From: Fistulifera solaris
Taxonomy: Eukaryota
NCBI GenBank assembly: GCA_030295235.1
Contig: AP026141.1
Coordinates: forward strand, 434,001 to 498,000
Direction: 5' to 3'
DNA length: 64,000 bases
The position numbers and the translations under genes were made by a program. The notes beneath the pieces were generated by a model, which was not told the DNA's origin, did not search any database, and saw only the letters and a program-made list of their open reading frames with translations. This document shows positions 38,413 to 50,181 of the stretch, piece after piece (within the stretch, counting starts at the first letter, position 1; the number at the start of each line of letters is the position of its first letter).

Positions 38413-40168
38413 ATGACTACGACTGACGTTTCGAGAAACGAAGACATCATGGCAAGTGAATTAGCTGGCGGCGATAGCAAGATTACATCTTCGAACCGTG
38501 AAGATACGCAGCCTGCTGTTGTTAACAAAGCAGCCGATGGAAAAGATTCTGAAGACACTTTAAAAGCTGTATCGCCAGACGGGGCTCCCGAGAACGAACC
38601 CGAAGCCCCGCGATCGGAAAGCCAGTCATCTCGACCGCTCCCGGTTCACCCATATCCGCAGGCGTCAGGATACTTTGAAGGATACACTTACCCCGGCGTC
38701 AATGCTTCGTCACTCTCTTTCAATGACCAGGCTGTGCCTATTCCTTACGAAACTACAGCTGCCGCTTTTGCTCCGCAGCCAGGAGTATTTACGGCCGCTC
38801 AGTCAAGTCCCTTTGCTGTTCCTAGCAACACAACTCTTTCACCTCCAAGATCCAGCAAAGCTGTCGTGATCGGCATTCCTCCCGCATCGCCCCTGTTCCC
38901 TAGATCGACAAGTTCCGGAATGGATAGTGCGCTCCCTTATATTTCACCCGCTTTGGGAAGCTCTGCTTCACCGATGACATATCAAGCAACATACGCAGGG
39001 TCTGCAGGTAGAGTTGACTCTCAGGGTTCGTCAGATGAAGGGAGTTGGGATCGGTACGTCATAGTTCGCTTGTTGCATACAAAAATTCAATGCGTGGGTG
39101 ATTATTCTAACATCCCTCTCTGTTAGTGGTCAGAATCACAATGCTTATCCATCACCGCAGCTGAGCGCTCAAGGCATGATGTATGCGATGCCGAGGGGGA
39201 CCCGAGCATATTCGTTTGATGGGGAAACGGTACTTCTGCCTGCAATGCTTGATCACGAAGCGGCGTATTCTCCTTATAATGCGAGTCATATCAGCCCCGC
39301 CGGTAGCGCAGTCTTTGCAGCTCAACAATCTTGGAGCTACCCTGGACCTCCGCCGGATCTCTATAGTACACCCGCATCGCCACTACAGCCCCGCCCTACC
39401 GCTCACCATATGTATGCAATCGGTGGACCTATGCAGCCGATGGGATCGTATGGTGTGCCTCCCCAATATTTTCCTGCGTCCTCCCCGGGCCCCCCTATTC
39501 AGACAACAGCCTCTAATAAAGGCCCCGACGGTGCTAATTTGTTCGTATTTCACATTCCGAACAATTTTACCAACATGGACATGTACAATTTGTTTTGTCG
39601 GTACGGAAATCTGTTGAGCGTTAGAATCATGGTGGAAAGGGATACGGGAAGGAGTCGTGGTTTCGGTTTTGTTTCGTACGATAATGCCGCATCAGCAGCT
39701 CAAGCGATTCAAGAATTGAATGGATATGCCGTAAGTAACGAGGGAGCTGTTCAGCTTCGTTTACAATGAATGACTAATCTCTCTCCTCCTTTTTAGGTCG
39801 GAAATAAACGGTTAAAAGTTCAGCACAAGCAGATCCGTTCTAGAGACAATGCAGACAGGGATGGCGTCGAAGGAGCGTCTTACGATCACGGTCACGACGA
39901 AGACCACTTTGCTCCAACAGGCAGTTTTTCTTCGCCTTTGCCAAACACTCAGAATCTATGGTTCGATCCAGTTACGGAAGGGGCACGCAATATGGAAGCA
40001 GGGGATGCCGCTACTCAAACAATTAATGCTGAGCGTATGAAAGGTGGAAACGAGGCGGGATCTAGCAATGTCGAGCAGCATGGAGAGAACACCGTAGGAT
40101 CCCCTTCTTTGGATATGGGAACACTCCAGTCTGCTCTTTCGGAAGTATCCGGGGAAGCAGAAAAGTAA
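38413..40168 (+). CDS. CELF/Bruno-like single-RRM RNA-binding protein
   Basis: KGPDGANLFVFHIP, SRGFGFVSYD and GNKRLKVQHK match the CELF RRM3 pattern, preceded by a long Pro/Ser-rich region. Introns 39054-39126 and 39731-39796. Confidence 0.87.
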
Positions 40169-40296
40169 TTTAAGCACCGAGTTGAAATTATTAAAGGATT
40201 ATCCGCTGAGTTGGTGCAATAAGATACTAACCGAAACTCAAACATGAGGAAAGGGGTTCTAAATTTTCTAAACAAATTAGGTGCCGAGACAAAGAC

Positions 40297-40442
40297 TCAA
40301 ATAGAGCTGAAACAAAGCATCGTCCTTCAAAGATGACTAGTTACAGCAATCTAGCATCGTGCCGGTTAAGGGTCAAATACAGCTGAAACAAAGCATCCTC
40401 CTTCGAAGACGACTAGTTACAGCAATCTAGCATCGTGCCGGT
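40297..40442. repeat. Tandem duplication, period 76 bp
   Basis: Two copies of tcaaata(g/c)agctgaaacaaagcatc(g/c)tccttc(a/g)aaga(t/c)gactagttacagcaatctagcatcgtgccggt start at 40297 and 40373. Confidence 0.9.
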
Positions 40443-40919
40443 CGTTGTAGGACAGCAGGTACCGATCAAATGAGCACAGTTTGGATGAGCGCTGCATGAG
40501 GAGCTTCCATCTAGATCCTTTGATTTGAATGATTTTTCATGCTCCGCTGACTTGACTGGGCTTGTCTGTTCCCCTCCATGATATTCTACAGCAGATACTG
40601 TCGTTGTATGTCCCGCCTCCCCCTTAATGACTTGTTCGCTTCCACGAGCCGGATACAGAATCGACAAGTTGCGCAACAAATACAGAGTAAAGAATCCCAG
40701 CATCAAAGCAGCCAGTAAAATGGGCACTGCGGCGACACCATACTTTCTTAGCTTTTGCTGAAAACTCAAGTTACTTTCGCTTTTCAAATAGTATGTGTGA
40801 TCAGCGTCAAAACTACGGTCCACGGCTTCTTCGTCATCTCGTCCACCCCCAGCTTTCGCAGTAAAATACGACGTTTCTGTAGCTTCACTGACAGATCCGT
40901 AACTAGGCACTTTTGACAT
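40413..40919 (-). CDS. Small type II membrane protein with a C-terminal six-Cys module
   Basis: N-terminal PSYGSV, one TM helix, and C-terminal CSAHPNCAHLIGTCCPTTTGTMLDCCN. Confidence 0.78.
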   Translation of the reverse strand: MSKVPSYGSVSEATETSYFTAKAGGGRDDEEAVDRSFDADHTYYLKSESNLSFQQKLRKYGVAAVPILLAALMLGFFTLYLLRNLSILYPARGSEQVIKGEAGHTTTVSAVEYHGGEQTSPVKSAEHEKSFKSKDLDGSSSCSAHPNCAHLIGTCCPTTTGTMLDCCN

Positions 40920-41329
40920 GATTATTCGGTACCAGTTGCTTCTTTCTAATGAATTGTATGTTCTATGTATTATAGGATTACAGCTAGCATGTGCTCTTCT
41001 GCGTCCCGCTTCATGGGTCTGCCGAAATTATTTGGGAAAAGACGGCAACTGCAACAAAAAAGCAACACAACAGCATTTTTCGCAGGGTTCAGTTTTTGCG
41101 CGCAAGATAAAGCTTCGCGCACTTCCGTACCTCGATACTGGTACAGTTAACGGCACTGTAACCTCATTCAACGACCCGCCATAATAAAATGTCGTAACGT
41201 ATAAGAGCGTCACGCTGCAACTGCGTCGCGCACTTTTCTTCATCGCACCTTTTCGACTTTCGACCACCAATTTTTATGACAACGAACCACAAAACAAAAT
41301 AGACAAATGCATCAACAACTAGTTAAGGA

Positions 41330-42659
41330 ATGGAGTCGTTGGGACGTTATCCTTTATCAGTAATACTCTCATTTCTTAGCGAAACAGAGGGGACAAGCTT
41401 GCTGATAACGAAGAAACGCTATGCACTCTTCCTCCTCCCCCTGTTTCGAGTGAGAAGCGATGAATTCGACGGTTTGAAGGTCAACGGATCGAAAAAACGC
41501 CACCGATTTGTTGTTTGCCCAGCTCAAGATCCCATTGTTCTCTTAAATCGGCTCAACACGCGAAAGTTGTTTAAACGGAAAACCATACCTATCAAGCATC
41601 GTATGACAACTTCACAAATGGCTGCCGAGGAATGGAAGCAACAACCCCGGAACTTCCCGGCACAACTACAGTGTCTCCGCTTTCTCGATAAGACAATTAC
41701 TAAACAGTTCACAGATATGATCGGCACACTTCTAGTATCCTACCCGAGAAGCGGAAATACTTTGATGCGCACCTTGCTGGAAAAAAGCCACCGGAATCGT
41801 GACCGGATCCGATACCCGACCGGATCGTTCCCTCTCGCTCGAGTTAGCTGAACGCCATAATTTAGTCGGAGAAGGAGTCACCCATCCGTCGATGGTTGCA
41901 TTTGTGAAAACGCATTGGCCCGAGCGCACAGGAAATCAAGTCTACAAAGGGAAACGTGCGATCCTGCTGGTGCGAAACCCTTACGACGCCATTGATTCGT
42001 ATTGGAACCTGAACGTCACCAAAAGCCACACCAAAACCGTCACAGACAGTGTCTACGAGAGATTTCACGATAAGTTTGAAAGGTTGGCGAGGAACGAAAT
42101 TTGCATCTGGCTCCAATTTCAGGATTACTGGTTGCGAAAAGCCAATATCCCTGTCTTGCTGATCCGCTTCGAAGACCTGATCAGAAATCCTGCGGAACAA
42201 CTCGCCCGGGCTATCATGTTTGCGTCGGGAGCTAACGAAATACCGCTTTTCTGGAAAGAGCGCATTGACTATGTCGTGAATGGATGTCAAAGTATCGAAG
42301 GAATGGGATCTTACAAACCCCGATCGAGTACAGGATCCGGTTTCGGAAAATCTCTCTTGAAGGGCAGATACACCAAGGATACTATTGATTATATGCACAA
42401 TGCCGCACAGCAAATCTCGTGTACGGATTATCTGAGTTGCCTTGGGTATAGCGTGAAGGAACACAATTTTCCTTCGGAGGATTTACTGGATCGCTTTCGA
42501 CAAAAATCTTTCGACAATCTTCCTTCCGAGAGAGATGATTATCTGATGGTAAACCAAGGTGTACCCATTCGTCCGGATACGTGTGAATTCGGCAGGCAGA
42601 TGACGCCGTGGAGGCATTCTATCACCGACAACGATGCCAACCCACTTCCCACCATATAA
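41330..42659 (+). CDS. Sulfotransferase-domain protein
   Basis: 5'-PSB loop LVSYPRSGNTLMR, VKTH, 3'-PB motif LVRNPYDAIDSY, and RFEDL. Frameshift in the A-run near 41781-41786. Confidence 0.88.
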
Positions 42660-43478
42660 TCCGAAGTCCTCCGGTTGCGCGGGACGCGTCGACGAAGTGA
42701 GGACTCACAGAAAGATGATTGCTTCTCTGACATCTGTGCGTGCGCAAATGATTTTGCATAGGTGGTGGACTGTGCTGAAACTAAGTCGATTAGGGAGTTG
42801 GCAACAACGAACGTAACATCACGATTCATGTCGAACGAACACTTCTACTTAGACTAGACTAAATGCTACGGATTACAAGCTTTAAGCCATGAGCTACGGA
42901 CTAGAACTAGAAGCGATAAAGGATGCAAATGGGATGAAAGTCGACATCATCGTGACTTTACTGGGCGGTCATCCCGGTCATTTGTCCAGTAACAGATATT
43001 TCTAATATTCTTTTGTTAATTTCCTAAAAAGAAACTAAAATTTGTTACAATCTGACTCCTATTTGTCTATTTGTCTCAATTTTTCACTCGATTGATTATC
43101 GTTTTTAATGAAAATCGCACGGTTGCACATTGAATACGTACTCCATCTATACTAACCCATAAGTGTAGATCCGACACCTAAAAAGACACTCACACCTATA
43201 GTATACACGACCAATATTGTGAATGGTTCATTGCACCGCGAGCCGTGAGACCGTGAGGCGTGAGGCACCGTCACGTCTCAAGTGCCAATAAATATCACGA
43301 GAGATTGCATGCAAGATGCATAGTTGTTCGGAAGTCGGACGACTCGGAAGATCCAACTTGATCCGACAAAGCAAAATCAATCGGGCAATAAATTTGAACA
43401 TTGACTTTCATTGGCATAATTTGTCGTGCGGTTACCTATCTCACTTTCGAATTGGCGTGAAGTGTTTCATCAATCACC

Positions 43479-46079
43479 ATGAAGCTCCTTGGCGTCTCCT
43501 CCATTCTCACATCCTTCGCTCTTCAGTCGATCTGGCTGGATGTAGCCAAAGCGAACGTTTGCATGATGCTCTATCAGATGGCCGGTGCGTATCTTTCATA
43601 TGTCTCGCGCGTCATCGGATTCGACTTCTGTCACTCACTCACCTTCCTTCTTAGACAACGATCTCGAGTACTTCATTCGACAGGATAACAACGAACTGAT
43701 TAACTCGGCTGCTGTTCGCGAGCCTACTTTGACCACCTGGGTGTACTTCGATAGCCGCAATTACGGCACCGCCGAAGATATCACGGTACCTTTGGAAGAT
43801 GTGTTTGCCCCGGATGGAACTCCTCTCGCAGAAAAACTTGAAGGCAGTCTGTACATGACCTGGGATCATGCCAGAGAACAGATGATCGTTAATGCATCTT
43901 CGACGGCCGAGTTGAACGGCGACGATCCTCAGACTCTGTTCGACTTTTTGGCGTACGCATTGACCGACTGCGTCGCTCGTGGCTCCACCGAGTACATGTT
44001 GATTTTGTCTTCGCACGGTAGTGGAATGTTCGGGTTTGGAGGGGACGAGAATGTGGCGCGTCGTCGTCGTATGGCGCAGGCGAATCAAAATATCGTCAAC
44101 GCGGTGCAGTCAGCCCTCGGTGCTGTGGAGGGCGCGCCCGCCAAATTGGACGTTCTGGGATTCGATGCTTGCTTGATGCAAGCGGTCGATGCTCTCGACG
44201 AATACCACAACATTACAAAGTACTACATTGCCAGTGAAGCTGTGGAGCCCGGTCACGGTATGATTCTGATTGGTTTGTTTGCTTGGATTGTGTTACACCC
44301 CTCTCACTCGTCGACTACTTCGTCTCGTCACAGGCTGGGCTTACAACTTTCTGGAGCCCTCTGCTACTGCTCTGGAATACGCTACCAATTTCCATGACAA
44401 CTTTCTGGGGCAAACACAGGGTTCGGACGTCCACATGACCCCCAAGACAATGGCCATTGTTGATGCGGACCTTTTCATTCCGTTTCTCAATGCGTGGGAT
44501 GCACTGTTTTCGCAGCTCAGCATTGAAATTGCGAATGACAAGAACGTGCACACGATCATGCAACGTTCTCGTCTAAACACGTTGGCTTTTATGGGTGCCA
44601 CCGATACTTCGGATACCAACACACCGTCGGCAATGGATATTGGAAGCTTTTTCGAAACGTTCCGCACTCTTTGTTCGATTGATCCGAACAGCGAAGTTGA
44701 AACTTTGATGGCAGCGGCCGAAACTGCTTATGCTGCCATGTTCGTCTCGCGAGGAAACGGTCCAGGAACACCACCCGCATCCGGTATGCACATCCTGTGG
44801 CCGCAGCGCCAAGTTTACGAACAATATGACCTGTCCGTGATTATCGAAAGTGATAGTCTTGCTGCAACAGGCGATGCTCCCAATTGGATTAACTTCTTAA
44901 TGACTTTCTATCAAGCCCCCGCTCCTGAAGCTGTCAGTGAGAATTCGGTTTGTCAACAATCTATCGTCTCGGACCTTGAGGCAACCGCGGATGGTAGCCT
45001 GCTTTTGAATCCCGCAGTTGAGGGAACTGACAGTGGAGTTGCCGCATCCAGCGCATTGGCAATCGGAACCGATGAAATCTATGTGAACTATGGTATCGAC
45101 ATTACGTTCCTCATGGACGGCCGCCTTCGCCATCTCAAAGAAACCATTCCTTCCATGGCTAGCGCCAATCGCAAAACGAGCAACCACCCCTCAAGCCCCG
45201 CTGGGAGAACGCTCAAAGACGTTTGCAAACGGAAACCGGTGATTATTTTATTTTGTTCGGTGGTGATGTTCTTGGTGCATTTGAAGGACCCGAGTTTGTC
45301 GCAACCTGGGACAAGAACTTTTATCTCCTTGGCAACAGCGAATCGGCGGAACAAGTTTACGCCACGGATGGTGAAAGTGGACTGAAAAGCATTCCTGTCA
45401 TGTACTTTTCTAGCAGTACCCCGATCACCGCCGACAGCATTCCCCTCGGCACTACCATTGAGCAAGCAGCGGCTTTGGGCGGTATCTTTGGTTTTCTCAC
45501 CGTCTCTCTCGCAGATGCCGTAGAATCTGTTATCAGCAACTACGTCCTTTACACGTTCGATGCAACAACGGGAGCTCTCAGTGAAACCCCCGCCTCGGCT
45601 GGAGGTCAAATTACCCCCGTCCTTTTTCGGAACTTGTCGTTGGCGATGTGGTGGTTACTGAACTGGTCGGTGGCTTTGGAAGTACCATTTTCCCTTGGGG
45701 CTCGGATGCTGTTGTCGACGTTGTCGTTGTTGATGCGATCACTTGGATCAGCCAATTCGATGGGTTAGATTCTGTTGTGGTTGACATGACTGCGTACGAT
45801 AACGATGTCCAAGACGGTGTGGACTTCTTTTCAGCGTATGTAACATCTAGTGAGCTTGGAGGATCGACTGCTGGACCCCCTACTGCAGAAGCACCGTCTG
45901 CTGGACCTCCAACCGCTGGACCTCCTACCGCCGATGCTCCTTCTGCGGGTCCTCCCACGGATACACCTCCCACTGGAGATGCTCCCGCTGCTGCACCCAC
46001 TAGTGGAAGTATCGGAAGTCGCTTCATGTTGTGGACGGCTTCACTGTTTATCCCCGCTGTGATGCTCGTGTTGTTCTAG
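43479..46079 (+). CDS. Secreted clostripain-like (peptidase C11) cysteine protease with mucin-like stalk and GPI-type C-terminus
   Basis: Signal peptide, LYQMADNDLE, catalytic SSHG and GFDACLM, ASEAVEPGHGW, AGPPT repeats and a hydrophobic C-terminus. Introns 43585-43654 and 44258-44333. Frameshifts near 45220 and 45625. Confidence 0.86.
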
Positions 46080-46682
46080 ATGCAGACGAGTCATTATTGA
46101 CAAACTAGAATGATTAGCGGGTCTAGAGTAGCGAATGCCTAAATAATACAGTAACTAGTCTATCACAGGATCGCGAAACGTTCGTCCTTTGTGTAAGCAG
46201 AATGGGTACTTAAGCTAGGAAATCGATGACGAATGATGATTCGTTTTCACGATTATTCATGAATCATCAAGTGTCATGAGTCATGAGAGTCATGTTTCGT
46301 GAGCGGGGCAAGAATCAATCGTGAGACGTGCAGACGGAGTCACAATTATTCGACGGACGGTCATTGAAAGAGTCATTTGCCGCATGCCAGACTACATTAA
46401 AGGCTAGTGTAGCTGGTTGGCTCGCCGTTGAAATAAATCATTGTCGCAGAGGCTTTCTAAAATTTAGTCCGAAATAGTCATCGTTTGGAAGCTCTCTTGC
46501 AACGAAGATCTTGCCAAGAAATTCGTCGAGCGTCGGCGCAAAAGAGACACTTTTTCTGCAAACGCTAGCGATGTCCAAGAGCAGCTCAAAACTTTGTCAG
46601 CAATCAGCAAATCTACGAAATTCATTCATCTGACCAATCGTTTGAATAGTAAGAGCTTCCCGAATAATTTTATCGACTCACT

Positions 46683-47536
46683 ATGACCGAAACTTCCCGA
46701 CCCGCCGTCAACATGGACCAGAAACTCGCGTTGAACGCGCAAATCGTTTCAATGGCTTTCGACCAGTTGAGTCCTCGCTCCCAAGTTGACGTCGTGTCGA
46801 GGAACATCCGCAGCAGGGCAAATCAGACAACGACAGAGTGGAATGTCGGTGCCAGTGGCGGTGGTGGTACTTTCCAAGAAGTCTGGCCGAGTCATCTTCC
46901 TCGACCGCCGTCGCGCAAAGGGTTACGGTCGACGAGGACGACGACAACCCGAATGCTCCACGTGTTGTGATCTTTCAGGCAACAACACAAGAAGGAATTT
47001 CCCTAGTTCGCGCCATGTCCGACAGAGGACTCAAAGTCAATGCCGTGGTACGTGTTACTTCCAACCCGAAAACGAAGAAGTTGATCAAAATGAAAGGAGT
47101 CACCGTCAAGGTTGCCGATCTCAATAACCTGGAAGCCGTGCAAATGGCCGCCCAAGGCTGCCAGCAAGCTTTCCTCGTTACCAAATACTGGGGACGCTTC
47201 GAAAATCCCATTGAAGAAGGCATGGCTCGTGTGGTTCTCCAAGCCTGTTCGGAGGCCGGTGTCACCCGTCTGGTTCTAGCATCCTTCGAGGATACCACGG
47301 AACTCCGCAACCGCGGCCTCAAGTCCCAGCTTCGCCCTACGGCCGATGGTCGTATCTTCCCGAACTTTGATACTATGGCATCCATTGATGCCCAGGCCAA
47401 GAAGGTCAATGTTCAGCTTACACACATGTTCACCAGTTTCTTGGACGAAGCCGACAAGAAGCGTTCACTGATCTTGATCCGTGGAGGCAACGGCAAGATC
47501 ATTACCCAGTCTCACGTGCAAGCATTGAAGAAGTAA
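46683..47536 (+). CDS. NmrA-like NAD(P)-binding Rossmann-fold protein
   Basis: VVIFQATTQEGISLVRAM, VKVADLNN, GCQQAFLVTKYW and ACSEAGV. Frameshift near 46860-46880. Confidence 0.75.
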
Positions 47537-47791
47537 TAATGAGCACAGATATGCCTCTCTAAGTAGGATAGTAATAACTTTTGTGAAAAACGAAGCATCT
47601 TTATATTCATGAAAAAACATTCTATAGTATTTGGCTAAACACTCCACCGAAAATTCCGAAAAGTGAGCTCAGCTCGATACCTAGAACATTAGAAAACAAA
47701 TTATCAGTTGAATAATTAGGTGTTTGATGTAAGCACTGCAATTCAAAGGGCGACGGCCTGTAGTTCATGGCTAAGAAGACTCCTGAGTGCT

Positions 47792-48118
47792 CTACTTCTT
47801 TAAAGAACTTTTTTCTTTTTTCTCTGATGATAATTTCTTCTTTTTCTTTTTCTTCTCTTTCTTAGTTGTTTTGAGTGGCGGTGCTTCCTCGTCGTCATCG
47901 TCTCCACCAAAGTGATCGGCTCTGGCCTCATTCAATTCTTGGTCAGCCCTCTTGGCAGCTGTAACCCATGAATTGATTTTAATACACATGCAAATCCCTC
48001 CAAGAATAACGACGCAAAGGACAATGGCGTAAGCCATGTCGTTGTCCGTCACACTCAATTGGCGCTCCAGAAGATACTCATCTTCCGAAAGGTCTCGGTC
48101 GAAATTTCGAAGTGGCAT
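47792..48118 (-). CDS. Small single-pass membrane protein with Lys-rich tail
   Basis: 108-aa ORF with TM helix AYAIVLCVVILGGICMCI, an acidic patch and a poly-Lys tail. The 5' end may be incomplete. Confidence 0.6.
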   Translation of the reverse strand: MPLRNFDRDLSEDEYLLERQLSVTDNDMAYAIVLCVVILGGICMCIKINSWVTAAKRADQELNEARADHFGGDDDDEEAPPLKTTKKEKKKKKKKLSSEKKEKSSLKK

Positions 48119-48704
48119 ATCTCTAATGATAGTGAAATCTCAAAACACAGAATACTGGGGGCAGGTTACAAAGAGCTATCTTCTAGATTATTCGATGTGA
48201 ATGATCGCAAAGAGGATTTTGATTTCATCAAAAATATCATCATCAACAACAAAAAGGGGGGCGAAATAAATTTTGATTCCGTCTCCGTTCTTCATTCTTG
48301 TCATTCGCGATCATCACAAACATCCGTGAACCAGAAGTCCAGAATGTGAGATTAAAATGACCGTTGTCTATGGTATAATGTGTACATTGCGACAATTCGG
48401 TGTTCCATGAGCGAACACGAGTGCCGCTCGTATTAGAATAACGTACATAGCAAAAGACTGATACTACACTTATGCTTAGAGTCTCCCTTCACTTCAATCA
48501 CAACAGATTTGATAGTTTTTAGTACGTAAAAGCTGTCAGTGCAGTAAGGTTATAGTTCACATCTCCCGACGTCCGACGTCACGCGTTCTCATTTCGACTT
48601 CACTGGGTCAACACTCTAGTAGCTAAAGTTGGCAACAGTGACCTAGCAAGGGTAAAGATTGCTTTCTCTATCGTTCCAACAAAAGACACGTAACATAAAG
48701 ACAG

Positions 48705-49508
48705 TTAGTTAATAACAATCATATCAAGTGTTGAATCAAGGACACGGAATACGGAGAAAGAATGATGTTTACTTCTCTTGAAGAACGTTGCATTCACCAA
48801 CAGCGCAGATCCCATCAAGAGGGCCTTCTGAGTTACATTGGCGTCACTAGGGAAAGTAACATCGAATGCATCCGAGTCGGTGAATACTTCGACCATGAGA
48901 CTCTTGGGAACTTTGACAATCTTTCCGAGCATCTTGGCGTTCGATCCGTTCGTTCTGTTGTCCTTGGCATCAAAGATCCAGAAGGGAACCTTGCAGCAGC
49001 CCTTTCCGCAGCACGGGTTGCCCTCAGTGAAGCAGTTGACGCACATTCCGCAGCAACAGGTGGGAGGGTGGAGCTTGTAGATCTCTTCGTTCTGAGCTCC
49101 GTAAATCTTGAACTCAGGAACGCAATAATAGCAAGTTTCTTTGATCGATCCCATAGACTGCCCTCCAGAAGTCATGATCAACTCTTGGTAGCAGCAGCAC
49201 TTGCAAAAGCCAGCCGCGCAGCGGCACGGGCGCTCCACCGAGAGAAGCTCAGCATCCGAATTGAGCTCCTTGACCTGCGCGGTGAACGGATAGATGGGCT
49301 TGCAGAAGATGCGGCAGCAGCAGTTGGCATCATCCAAGGATTGAGCGACTTGATTGTCTCCGATGAAGTACTTGAACTCAGTACGGGCCTCGCAGCCGAA
49401 GCACTCCTGCAACCAACCTCGTCGGGTCTGGCGGATGCTCATACTCGCAGTGCCACTCAAGTGGGCCTGGAGGGCGTCGGTTCCGCGGTCCATCTCTTGC
49501 TTCTGCAT
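48705..49508 (-). CDS. Phospholipid scramblase (PLSCR family)
   Basis: Cys-rich loops (CCCRIFC, CKCCCYQ) and FTDSDAFDVTFPSDANVTQKALLMGS. The true stop is probably near 48770 after a one-base indel. Confidence 0.88.
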   Translation of the reverse strand: MQKQEMDRGTDALQAHLSGTASMSIRQTRRGWLQECFGCEARTEFKYFIGDNQVAQSLDDANCCCRIFCKPIYPFTAQVKELNSDAELLSVERPCRCAAGFCKCCCYQELIMTSGGQSMGSIKETCYYCVPEFKIYGAQNEEIYKLHPPTCCCGMCVNCFTEGNPCCGKGCCKVPFWIFDAKDNRTNGSNAKMLGKIVKVPKSLMVEVFTDSDAFDVTFPSDANVTQKALLMGSALLVNATFFKRSKHHSFSVFRVLDSTLDMIVIN

Positions 49509-50181
49509 GGTTTCTTTTGCTTGAACGAGTACGAGCTTTATTGATTTAAAACGTTGTTCGACAAGACTAGAAACGTGATTGTGGTGCGCTCACTGGTCCA
49601 TAGTTGGCAAACGAAAGTCATGAGGGGTAAAACGCTGCACGCGTATCTTTGGAGATGACTTTCAAGATCAAAAATCAAAACTGAGAATTGACCAGTTGAC
49701 CAGCGACAGCGACGAGCCAAAAAACAAAAAACGGAACGATGGAAAACAGTACTGTTGAAGATCGGCGCGCGCGCCGCTAAAGTCTGAAGTTCACGTTTTC
49801 ATTCATTATACAGAACAAAGTCAAAGAATACAGTCGTAAGTCGTAAGTCATAGTAGTCATCGGTCCAATAATTGTTTGCTACAAGTACAGTACATACTCC
49901 GGAGTACTACATACTGGAAACCTATTCAGAAAACGAACTACTTAAAAATTTATATTGAACAAAATTTTTGGCTTTCGACTTCCGATGTCCAGTGTCAGTG
50001 TCTGTTGTCTGTACTTCACTCCTCAAGTCAGTAAACCTTCGATCGTCGATCGTCGATCGTCAACCATCATCGATCATCGATCATCGATAACAAAACCGCG
50101 CTTCCTTTTGCCTCCCGTCAATTATTTTTCACTTTTTCCAATCTCCACACGGGGCTTTGTGATCGCTCGGAAAGAGATGCA

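Noticed and set aside
42705..42782. ATGAT...CTGA...ATGAT...CTGA pattern resembling a C/D snoRNA or SECIS element
   Set aside because: Box C is imperfect, there is no terminal stem or recognisable rRNA guide, the SECIS helix pairs poorly, and the upstream gene has no in-frame TGA.
45865..46000. Regularly spaced GCTGGACC/CCT repeats that could be mistaken for an array
   Set aside because: They encode the AGPPT/APSAGPPT stalk of the clostripain-like protein and are not CRISPR-like.
48762..49544. 260-aa ORF antisense to the scramblase
   Set aside because: It mirrors the scramblase frame and has no recognisable motifs. Codon bias on the sense strand explains it.
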